Positions 26,262 through 34,147 of a stretch of DNA of 64,000 nt are shown here, one piece after another (within the stretch, counting starts at the first letter, position 1; every line of letters begins with the position of its first letter). Made by a program: the position numbers and the translations under genes. Below the pieces are notes generated by a model, which ran no database searches, was not told the origin of the DNA, and saw nothing but the letters and a program-made list of their open reading frames with translations. The stretch comes from Bacteroidota bacterium. GTDB taxonomy: Bacteria > Bacteroidota > Bacteroidia > Chitinophagales > Saprospiraceae. The stretch covers positions 11,010 through 75,009 of the forward strand of contig JAGVTV010000004.1 in the NCBI GenBank assembly GCA_019136675.1, in the 5' to 3' direction.

Positions 26262-29200
26262 TTATCTTACGATCAGTTTTCTGGAGGTGACCTTTTGTCC
26301 ATCCACCAGCCTCACTATATAAAACCCTGCAGGTATACTGTTCAGGTTGATGGTCTGCACCCTGATCTCGTTGTCCAAGGCAAAAGGTGAGGCAAGTACA
26401 ACCCTTCCGTCTGCTGTCATAATCTCGAGCGTGGCATTTGACCTGACTGGTGACTTTGCCCACACTACTATATGGTCTGTAGCCGGGTTAGGTGCTACAC
26501 CTGCAGTGAAGTAATCCCTGTCCTGATCGCCGGTAGCCACGGTGTTTTCGGTATTGACAAACGTGACCTTCTCATCTGTACAGACAGCTTCACCCGATCC
26601 GTTATCGGCAGCGATACAGGCTTCAGAGACATATTTGTAAATATCGAGGAGCTCAAAGTCGTCAATAAACCAACCGTTGAGGTCCCCGGGGGCAGCTGTG
26701 GTGGCATTGCTGCCAAACCTGAACCGGACCACTACTGTTTTGCCCTTATACTGTGACATGTCTATGTAAGAGTCTTTCCAGGAGCCTGTAAGGTTGCCTG
26801 TCCAGTTACCTCCGGAATTGCCGGAAAAAGCATCCAGAGCGGGTATTGCCAGTGTCGAATAAGCCAAAGGACCATTGTACGGATTCCTGATAAACTTATC
26901 CTTGAGGACCGGGATGTACGGCCCTCCGTTGGCACTTATTTCAACAAAGCCTCCGTCATTACCGGTCTCTGTATTGTACTTGTGCCAGAATCTCATGACA
27001 GGATTATTACCGGCAACCTGATAAGGGATGGACCTGAGCGAGGCGTCTGTCTCAGCAGCTACATTGATGATATTAAATGATATATCAGGGCTTCTGTATA
27101 GATCTGAAGTAGGGAGCCAATCCTCGTTACCTTCAATTTTCTCGATGTCCCAGTTAAACTCGCCATCAAAACTTTCATACTCTTTTCTTACAGACTTGTT
27201 TGAGGCTGAAGACCTGGCCTTATAGGTGATCACAATCTCTCTGTCATAATCCATATCGCCGAGTTCAAATTTAAGCTGATTGGCTGACACCACAGGGGTC
27301 ATCGATGCGGAGCCACTGACAAAAGACATTCCGTCCGGCAACTGGTCCGTGACCACCACGCTGTTTTGCCTGGCAGGTATGTGATTGATAGCCCTGAGTT
27401 CCACGGTCACTTCGTCTCCGGGATTAATGGATGGAGTGACGGTTTTGGAGATCTTCAGCTTTTCTATGCAGGTTGGCAGTGCGTCAAAATTCTCAACTCC
27501 GTCGCTGCGGTCATTCGAATTTCCCCCTTCTGCAAAGTAACCCAATCCTCTGCGTGCAAATACATTCCATAGAAGACATTTATTCTCACTGTTGTAATGG
27601 ATTTCATCGGCTTTAAAAATAGCATTCCTGCCGGCTATAAATCCCGGATTGCACGGCTGCATCTTCATTCCTTCCATCACAAGAAATACCGCCTTATGGT
27701 TGCCTGAATTGACATTGGTCCAGTCCGGATCATAGCCATAAGCATCAATAAATGCCCAGTACATGTCCCACAACATATCTGTCCACACCTCCCCCAGCTG
27801 GTGAGGCGAAGTGGTACCCTTGATATCGTCAAATGTCTGTGGATTGATGTTCATATCTGTGGAGTAAGGATATCTGCGGATACCACCACCGGTTATCTGT
27901 TCACCAGAAGCAAAAGTTCCTATCCCCCTTGAGTCGGTACCCTTGTCGCCAGGCTCGTGTGTGACCACCAGGGCAAAAAAATCACTCCATCCTTCACCCA
28001 TTTGTTCATCATTGGTGAGACAGGCGTCTGCCAGCCTTCCACCTGTTAGTCTGTTTGATATACCATGTGCAAACTCGTGTGCTATTACTCCATTGTCAAG
28101 CGAACCGTCGAGGTATTCGGCCCCCACTCTTTCACGGGCTTTAAATGTCATGGTAACGTTGGTACCCCCTGCTAGTACCAGCCTGATTTTATCGCAGTCT
28201 GATTTTTTCATAAATATGGATGGAATGGTAACTTGACCGGCATTCTGTCCTCCGGACATGTTTATAATTTCTTCGCCATTTCCACCATTTACGCCTACTA
28301 TATTGCATATGATAACGGCTACTGCTCCAGACTGCTGTGCATTGTACACTTTTTTGGAAAAATCACACAAGCCTCTGTCAATCAGGGCAACTTTACCGCT
28401 TATTTCGCTTCCGTTGGTTACGGTTCCGCAGCCGGTTGTTGGATTAGTACTGTTGTCTCTGAGGATGGCTACATTGCCTGAAATTGCTGGTTCGGTCTCA
28501 TTAGGTATAGGTAGGCCAAACTGTGCCTGACCATATTCGGCCACAAAACCTTTTATCTGATCAGGTGAATCTATGGATACAGCTCCTCCCTCATTATCCC
28601 AAAAAAACATCTGCATACGTCCGTTAAAACCGTCTGAAGGGGTGGAAAAATTGGCATTATTGATTTTAGTAGGGTTACCGTTGACTATGTCCTGACCAGC
28701 CTCATGCAGCGTAATGCCGTCAAAGGCCTGTGCCAGCACGTAATCGCTTCCGTCGCCCTTGTTTGTATAATTCTTCTGCTGGAAATTTCCGAAGTTTTCG
28801 TCAAATCCCATTACATGTGTAATATCGTGCATCATATTTACGGCATAAAACAGGTTGGTAACAGATGCTTTAAAAGTCTCCCTCGGGTCCTTGGTCATAT
28901 CAATCGGGAAGTCAAATACCAATCCTGCTCCTCCATCTGTATTGTCTCCATCTGAAGAGTCATCGTCGTCCTTGTCCTCGTAAGCATAGGCGTTATTCCC
29001 CCTTGTAATAGTGTATTCTGCACCTTGCACACCGTTGGTATCATGCCATCCGAAGGGCGAAGCTGCAGGAAATTGTGCGTCTGTGACCAATGACCTCCCT
29101 CCATGATTAGGACTTTCTACCGGCAATTTAAAGACTCTGTATGATGCCGCAGCTGACCCAAAGGATTCTGCACCTATTACTTCAGTGCCGGCATGTGTAT

Positions 29201-29882
29201 CATTATGTTCTGATGTACAATTGCTGTGGTTTTTAAACTGGCTCGGGTGATGCTGGCAGTATACCGTAAGGTTGTTTCTGCCGATCTCCAGTCCGCTGTT
29301 TGCATCCACCATCAAGTCCCAGTAATCCGGACTCTTTACCATATCAACCTTAACACTCCATGCTAGTACCAGCTTGCCTTCAGACATGACATAGGACTGC
29401 TGCACGGAGATGGGTGATTTAGACAATTCGGCAAAGTCATATATCTGTTTGCCTTCAGAATTTCTGTCACTGGCCACAGGTTTTCCCTTTACCGAAACAT
29501 GTAAAATATCAGCTGCCCTGAGTATGGCATCTGAAGCAGTGATTGATGACTTTTTTCCGGCAATTTTACTTTCTATATCCTGGACAAAACTGTGTGCGTC
29601 TGAGAGGACTTTTCCATTCTTGTCCGTAACAAGGGAAATTATGGCATTTCTGACAGGGATTCCATCGTAAGTCTGGTTGATGTAGGAATAAGTAATACCT
29701 TTTTCTGTGGTGGCGGTAGAGTTTATCACAAGATGGCTGAAATCTCCTGATTTTAACCCCCATTTTTCTGCATTCACCTGAAAATGATTCCGGGCTGTCC
29801 CGAGGATTATGGACTCCTGCCCACACAAAGAGATCGTAAAGATCAAAAAAACAAATACTGAAACTGCTTTTGCTGCGTTCAT
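26262..29882 (-). CDS. M36 (fungalysin-family) zinc metalloprotease with PA domain and T9SS C-terminal sorting domain
   Basis: 1206 aa with a signal peptide and an FTP-like propeptide region. PA domain (GKVALIDRGLCDFSKKVYNAQQSGAVAVIICN). Zinc site VIAHEFAHGISNRLTGG followed by GEGWSDFF, as in M36. The C-terminus is VAPNPATDHIVVWA...IPAGFYIVRLVDGQKVTSRKLIVR. Confidence 0.85.
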   Translation of the reverse strand: MNAAKAVSVFVFLIFTISLCGQESIILGTARNHFQVNAEKWGLKSGDFSHLVINSTATTEKGITYSYINQTYDGIPVRNAIISLVTDKNGKVLSDAHSFVQDIESKIAGKKSSITASDAILRAADILHVSVKGKPVASDRNSEGKQIYDFAELSKSPISVQQSYVMSEGKLVLAWSVKVDMVKSPDYWDLMVDANSGLEIGRNNLTVYCQHHPSQFKNHSNCTSEHNDTHAGTEVIGAESFGSAAASYRVFKLPVESPNHGGRSLVTDAQFPAASPFGWHDTNGVQGAEYTITRGNNAYAYEDKDDDDSSDGDNTDGGAGLVFDFPIDMTKDPRETFKASVTNLFYAVNMMHDITHVMGFDENFGNFQQKNYTNKGDGSDYVLAQAFDGITLHEAGQDIVNGNPTKINNANFSTPSDGFNGRMQMFFWDNEGGAVSIDSPDQIKGFVAEYGQAQFGLPIPNETEPAISGNVAILRDNSTNPTTGCGTVTNGSEISGKVALIDRGLCDFSKKVYNAQQSGAVAVIICNIVGVNGGNGEEIINMSGGQNAGQVTIPSIFMKKSDCDKIRLVLAGGTNVTMTFKARERVGAEYLDGSLDNGVIAHEFAHGISNRLTGGRLADACLTNDEQMGEGWSDFFALVVTHEPGDKGTDSRGIGTFASGEQITGGGIRRYPYSTDMNINPQTFDDIKGTTSPHQLGEVWTDMLWDMYWAFIDAYGYDPDWTNVNSGNHKAVFLVMEGMKMQPCNPGFIAGRNAIFKADEIHYNSENKCLLWNVFARRGLGYFAEGGNSNDRSDGVENFDALPTCIEKLKISKTVTPSINPGDEVTVELRAINHIPARQNSVVVTDQLPDGMSFVSGSASMTPVVSANQLKFELGDMDYDREIVITYKARSSASNKSVRKEYESFDGEFNWDIEKIEGNEDWLPTSDLYRSPDISFNIINVAAETDASLRSIPYQVAGNNPVMRFWHKYNTETGNDGGFVEISANGGPYIPVLKDKFIRNPYNGPLAYSTLAIPALDAFSGNSGGNWTGNLTGSWKDSYIDMSQYKGKTVVVRFRFGSNATTAAPGDLNGWFIDDFELLDIYKYVSEACIAADNGSGEAVCTDEKVTFVNTENTVATGDQDRDYFTAGVAPNPATDHIVVWAKSPVRSNATLEIMTADGRVVLASPFALDNEIRVQTINLNSIPAGFYIVRLVDGQKVTSRKLIVR

Positions 29883-30056
29883 AAATTAAGGTTGATTTGA
29901 AAAATAGTTAATGGTGTATTCCAAAAAATTGATTTCGGGACATAAAGATACAAATAGTCACAATTAATGTTCATCAAATTTTCTTATTGTCTCATACACG
30001 ACCTTTTTCAGGAATATTACCATCTTTGTTCCCTTTAAGAAAAGGCGGTTAAAGGC

Positions 30057-30806
30057 ATGAGTGACATTATCTTTGGCAGAAATTCAGTAGAGGAGGCTTT
30101 CAGGTCCGGCAAGGAAATCGAAAAGGTGTATATGCTGAACTCCATGCGGGGAGAGTTTGAGGTATTTGTCAGGAATATCTGCCGCGAAAAATCGGTGCCC
30201 CTGGCCAAGGTTCCCGAACAAAAACTGGCCGAATTGTGCGGATCCAAGGCTGCTCATCAGGGTGTGGCAGCCCTGATTTCAAAATTACGCTATGCCGATT
30301 ACAGGGATGTGATATCTTCTGCTTATGAACGCGGTGGTACTCCCTTTGTGATCGTGCTTGACAGTGTCACTGATATTCGAAACATAGGGGCCATCGCCCG
30401 CTCAGCCTGGTTTTTTGGGGCTGACGGCATCATCCTTACGGGCAATATTTCCGGCAGCATCAGCGAAGATGCTGTAAAATCTTCAGCCGGTGCCATATTG
30501 AATATACCCGTATCCCGCGAAAAAAGTGTATTTACGGCCATTAGTAATTTGCAGGCCATGGGCCTTAAAGTGGTCGCTACTGCCCTCAAAACCTCATTAT
30601 CACCTGCTGAATGTGATCTGCATGGACCATTGGCTATCCTGATGGGGTCGGAAGAGAAGGGGCTTCACTACAAAGTTCTTGAAGTAGCTGATGAAGCGGT
30701 CAGGATACCCTCCGGGAACGATTTTGACTCTCTGAATGTTTCTGTTGCGGCCGGCATCCTGCTATATGAAGCAAAAAGGCAAAGAATGTCTGCCACAAGC
30801 AAATAA
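30057..30806 (+). CDS. rlmB: 23S rRNA (guanosine-2'-O)-methyltransferase, SpoU/TrmH family
   Basis: 249 aa. SpoU substrate-binding N-domain (IFGRNSVEEAF) and SPOUT motifs (DSVTDIRNIGAIARSA, LMGSEEKGL, IPSGNDFDSLNVSVAAGILLYE). Confidence 0.85.
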   Translation: MSDIIFGRNSVEEAFRSGKEIEKVYMLNSMRGEFEVFVRNICREKSVPLAKVPEQKLAELCGSKAAHQGVAALISKLRYADYRDVISSAYERGGTPFVIVLDSVTDIRNIGAIARSAWFFGADGIILTGNISGSISEDAVKSSAGAILNIPVSREKSVFTAISNLQAMGLKVVATALKTSLSPAECDLHGPLAILMGSEEKGLHYKVLEVADEAVRIPSGNDFDSLNVSVAAGILLYEAKRQRMSATSK

Positions 30807-30840
30807 CAAGTAATTTATTTATATACAATTAAGCCCACAA

Positions 30841-31755
30841 ATGAAGAAATCAAGAGTTCTGATGTTTTTTGCGGTTGTAGCCGCTGCATTCATTTTTTCA
30901 TGCAAGACCGCCGGCAAGACCGCCACAGAATACAAACCTCTGGAGCCTGCATTGCTTTGGAAAATCGAGGGTAACGGCATTTCAAAACCATCCTACCTGT
31001 ACGGTACTATCCATATCATCGGCAGTGAGGATTTCTTTTGGCCGAAAGGCACTATGACAGCATTTGACGAATCGAAAAAGGTATTTTTTGAGATAGACAT
31101 GAAAGAAATGACCGATATCTCCGCTCTTATGGGTATCATGGGCAAAGTATTTATGAAAGACGGTAAAACCCTCAAAGACCTGATAACCGACGAGGAATAC
31201 AAACTGGTAAGTTCCCACTTTGAAAAAATGGGAATGCCACTTTTTATGCTGGAAAGGATAAAACCCATGTTCCTTACCGTGTTTGCGTACGGCGATATGA
31301 ATCCTACGGATATCAATAGCGGAAAACTTAAGTCCTATGAGATGGAACTCATGGAGTTGGCAGGCAGTGCAGACAAGGAGACCGCTGGCCTTGAGACCAT
31401 AGATTATCAGGTGGGTCTGTTTGACGAAATTCCCTATGAAGTACAGGCAAAAATGCTGGTTGATGCCCTCAGAACCACAACAGGCGACAACGATGAGTTT
31501 AAAAAAATGACCGAAATGTACAAAAAGCAGGACATAGACAAGATGGTCAAAATGGCTACCGAAGAAGGCAGCGACATTGCAGGGTTTGAAGACAAGTTGC
31601 TTAATCAGCGAAACCAAAACTGGATACCACAGATTATCAGCCAATCAAAGGCTCAGCAAACATTTTTTGCTGTGGGAGCAGGTCATCTGGGTGGTCCCAA
31701 AGGGGTGATTCATCTGCTGAGAAAAGAAGGATATAAGGTAACTTCCGTGAGATAA
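30841..31755 (+). CDS. TraB/GumN family protein
   Basis: 304 aa with a signal peptide, LLWKIEGNGISKPSYLYGTIHI and FFAVGAGHLGG motifs. Confidence 0.85.
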   Translation: MKKSRVLMFFAVVAAAFIFSCKTAGKTATEYKPLEPALLWKIEGNGISKPSYLYGTIHIIGSEDFFWPKGTMTAFDESKKVFFEIDMKEMTDISALMGIMGKVFMKDGKTLKDLITDEEYKLVSSHFEKMGMPLFMLERIKPMFLTVFAYGDMNPTDINSGKLKSYEMELMELAGSADKETAGLETIDYQVGLFDEIPYEVQAKMLVDALRTTTGDNDEFKKMTEMYKKQDIDKMVKMATEEGSDIAGFEDKLLNQRNQNWIPQIISQSKAQQTFFAVGAGHLGGPKGVIHLLRKEGYKVTSVR

Positions 31756-31766
31756 TACAAGTACCC

Positions 31767-32822
31767 GTGCATAAATTTCATATCTGTGTTAATATTGTGT
31801 GTCTGGCATTGCTGTGGACGGGCTGCAGGCAGGCAGGAGGCTCGTCAGACAGTCAACTCTCAGCTACTATAAGCAAAAAAACGGACACAGCCTCCGTATC
31901 CGGAACAATAAATCTTAAAGATTCGCTACCTGTAACTCCGGAGTCGGATACGGCACGCTATCGTAAGCTCATACACTATCTGGCACACGACAGTGTAACA
32001 TCAAAATGGCCAAAAGATTATGGCCATCCTCCATCCGGAGCCATACTGCCATTCAAAAGGATTGTAGCCTATTACGGCAATTTTTATAGTCGCCACATGG
32101 GTATTCTGGGGTCCCTTTCAGAAAAAGATCTTATCGAAAATCTCGGCAGCGAGGTAAGTGCCTGGAACAAGGCCGACAGTCTCCTGCCTGTAATACCTGC
32201 TATACACTACATTGCTGTAACAGCCCAGAGCTCCCCGGGCAAGGGCAGTAAATACAGACTCAGAATGCCGGACCATCAGATAGAAAAAGCCATCAGCCTG
32301 GGCAGGAAAATAGAAGGAATCACCATTCTGGACGTACAGGTAGGACACAGTACAGTATGGAGCGAAGTGCCACTTCTGGAAAAACACCTCATCCATCCCG
32401 ACGTACACCTCGCACTTGACCCGGAATGGTCCATGAAAAACGGCAAAACTCCCGGAAGCAGGATAGGTACCATGGATGCAGGGGATGTCAATTACGCCAT
32501 AAGCTATCTGTCTGACCTCGTCAAAAAACACAATCTGCCTCCCAAGGTGCTGGTGGTACACCGCTTTACCAAGGGCATGATCAGCAATTCTGACAAAATA
32601 AAACCCACACCGGAGGTGCAGGTGGTCATCAACATGGACGGCTTTGGTTTTCCTGCCAAAAAGAGGGATTCGTACCGTAGGTTTGTTGCCGGGTACCCGG
32701 TGCAATACACGGGCTTCAAGTTGTTTTACAAAAACGACAAATGGACAAAACCCCATCGCCTCATGACACCCGATGAAATCCTTGGGCTGTATCCTCGCCC
32801 CATTTATATACAGTATCAGTAA
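31767..32822 (+). CDS. Hypothetical lipoprotein
   Basis: 351 aa with a GTG start. LALLWTGC is a lipobox-like signal. I recognise no family. Confidence 0.55.
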   Translation: MHKFHICVNIVCLALLWTGCRQAGGSSDSQLSATISKKTDTASVSGTINLKDSLPVTPESDTARYRKLIHYLAHDSVTSKWPKDYGHPPSGAILPFKRIVAYYGNFYSRHMGILGSLSEKDLIENLGSEVSAWNKADSLLPVIPAIHYIAVTAQSSPGKGSKYRLRMPDHQIEKAISLGRKIEGITILDVQVGHSTVWSEVPLLEKHLIHPDVHLALDPEWSMKNGKTPGSRIGTMDAGDVNYAISYLSDLVKKHNLPPKVLVVHRFTKGMISNSDKIKPTPEVQVVINMDGFGFPAKKRDSYRRFVAGYPVQYTGFKLFYKNDKWTKPHRLMTPDEILGLYPRPIYIQYQ

Positions 32823-32901
32823 AGGAGTCTGTAACCGGGATTGTATATATTTATGGCTAAAACAGGAGAGTGGGGATTTAATCCTGGAATTTGGGTTTCT
32901 G

Positions 32902-32982
32902 GAGAATTTTACCCACCCCGGCCCTCCCTTAAAAGGGAGGGAGAATTTTACCCACCCCGGCCCTCCCTTAAAAGGGAGGGAG
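32902..32982. repeat. Two tandem copies of a 39-bp hairpin-containing repeat (upstream flank of the DUF559 ORF)
   Basis: GAGAATTTTACCCACCCCGGCCCTCCCTTAAAAGGGAGG occurs at 32902 and again at 32941. Each copy contains the CCCTCCC/GGGAGGG palindrome. Confidence 0.95.
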
Positions 32983-33063
32983 TTAAAGGGGAAAGGATAA
33001 AAATGAAAATTAATGGTTGCTCATCAGTATTAAATATTTAATATTGCTTGTTATTATCCATTT

Positions 33064-33447
33064 ATGCCTGGTATGAAATATTTTGAAACCTTAGAAAAAG
33101 CCAGAAATCTTCGAAAGCTACAGACCCCTGCAGAAAAGAAGTTTTGGGAAAAGGTGCGGGGAAAAAGGTTTTATAACTTAAAATTTAACCGTCAGTATAT
33201 GATTGAATATGCACAGATTATGGGGAATAAACTTTATTACATCGCTGATTTTCATAATTTTGAACACAAAGTTATCGTAGAAATTGACGGCGGAATTCAT
33301 CTGACACAGGAAGATTATGATAAAGAAAGGCAAAATAATATAGAAGCACTAGGTTACTGTGTGATTAGATTTACAAATGATGAAGTTTTGAATCAATGGG
33401 ATGAGGTAGAGTTTAAATTGTTGAATCTTTTAAAATTATCAAAATAA
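33064..33447 (+). CDS. DUF559 (Vsr/restriction-endonuclease-like fold) domain protein
   Basis: 127 aa. ARNLRKLQTPAEKKFWEKVRGKRF...KFNRQYMI...YIADFHNFEHKVIVEIDGGIHL...DYDKERQNNIEALGYCVIRFTNDEV is the typical DUF559 pattern. Confidence 0.85.
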   Translation: MPGMKYFETLEKARNLRKLQTPAEKKFWEKVRGKRFYNLKFNRQYMIEYAQIMGNKLYYIADFHNFEHKVIVEIDGGIHLTQEDYDKERQNNIEALGYCVIRFTNDEVLNQWDEVEFKLLNLLKLSK

Positions 33448-33450
33448 CTT

Positions 33451-33527
33451 TTTTACCCACCCCGGCCCTCCCTTAAAAGGGAGGGAGAATTTTACCTACC
33501 CCGGCCCTCCCTTGGAATGGAGGGAGA
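33451..33527. repeat. Two more copies of the same repeat, same orientation (downstream flank of the DUF559 ORF)
   Basis: TTTTACCCACCCCGGCCCTCCCTTAAAAGGGAGGGAG is followed by AATTTTACCTACCCCGGCCCTCCCTTGGAATGGAGGGAG. The array starts 3 nt after the ORF stop. Confidence 0.95.
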
Positions 33528-33613
33528 AAAAGTGGAGTTATCACCCCTTCAATTTCAAGGGAAGGGGAAGGGGGATGGGTAAAAAAGACCGATGCTGTTT
33601 TAAAGATCAAAAC

Positions 33614-33979
33614 TTATATTGATGGAAAAAATGCGTCCTTGTAGTGGGTAAGAGTCGGATTTTTATTTTTGTCAAAAACGATGGATATGATGTCATACCG
33701 CACTTCCCAATCATAGCCTATCCTAAGCATATACTCTGTAGATGCATCCAAAATCAGCCTTTCCTTGTAGGTACTTACACTTTCTGAAGGATCACCAAAG
33801 TAGGTGTATGACTTTGCCTTGACTTCCGTAAATACAAGGATATTATTATCCCAGGCAATGATGTCTATTTCTGCTTTTCTGTACCGCCAGTTTCTCTCTG
33901 CTATTTTGTAACCCTGACCCTCAAGATAGGCGGCGGCATGATCCTCCCCCAGTTTTCCGATCGTTTGTTGCCTGGCCAT
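33614..33979 (-). CDS. yraN: YraN family (UPF0102) endonuclease-like protein
   Basis: 121 aa. GKLGEDHAAAYLEGQGYKIAERNWRYRKAEIDIIAWDNNILVFTEVKAKS is the canonical YraN pattern. Confidence 0.9.
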   Translation of the reverse strand: MARQQTIGKLGEDHAAAYLEGQGYKIAERNWRYRKAEIDIIAWDNNILVFTEVKAKSYTYFGDPSESVSTYKERLILDASTEYMLRIGYDWEVRYDIISIVFDKNKNPTLTHYKDAFFPSI

Positions 33980-33995
33980 GAACTCATGTTTTTTG

Positions 33996-34003
33996 CAAAT
34001 GTA
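33996..34003 (-). promoter_or_regulatory. -7 promoter box TACATTTG upstream of yraN
   Basis: The reverse complement of caaatgta lies 16 nt upstream of the ATG at 33979. Confidence 0.45.
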
Positions 34004-34147
34004 AAAAATCCATAAAAATGATACATGATACCCGCTTCCTGTTATTGATTTAGCGTTAATGAAATTTAAATAAAAGCGGCTATTGGCAAATGTGTTGTAA
34101 TTTTACCCGCTTATAATCAGGGATTTCCACAGAAATACAAATACAGG

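Noticed and set aside
32773-33041. ORFs encoding repeated FTHPGPPLKGRE / FYPPRPSLKREGE
   Set aside because: They are translations of the 39-bp palindromic repeats flanking the DUF559 gene, not genes.
33980-34147. Thr/Ile-rich leader peptide or riboswitch upstream of thrABC
   Set aside because: All mini-ORFs here (MFFANVKNP, MIHDTRFLLLI, MIPASCY, MKFK, MCCNFTRL) lack Thr/Ile runs, and no terminator with a U-tract precedes thrA. The 8-mer ACCCGCTT occurs twice (34030 and 34104) around a complementary AAGCGG (34074). The stems are only 6-7 bp with long loops, which is too weak to call.
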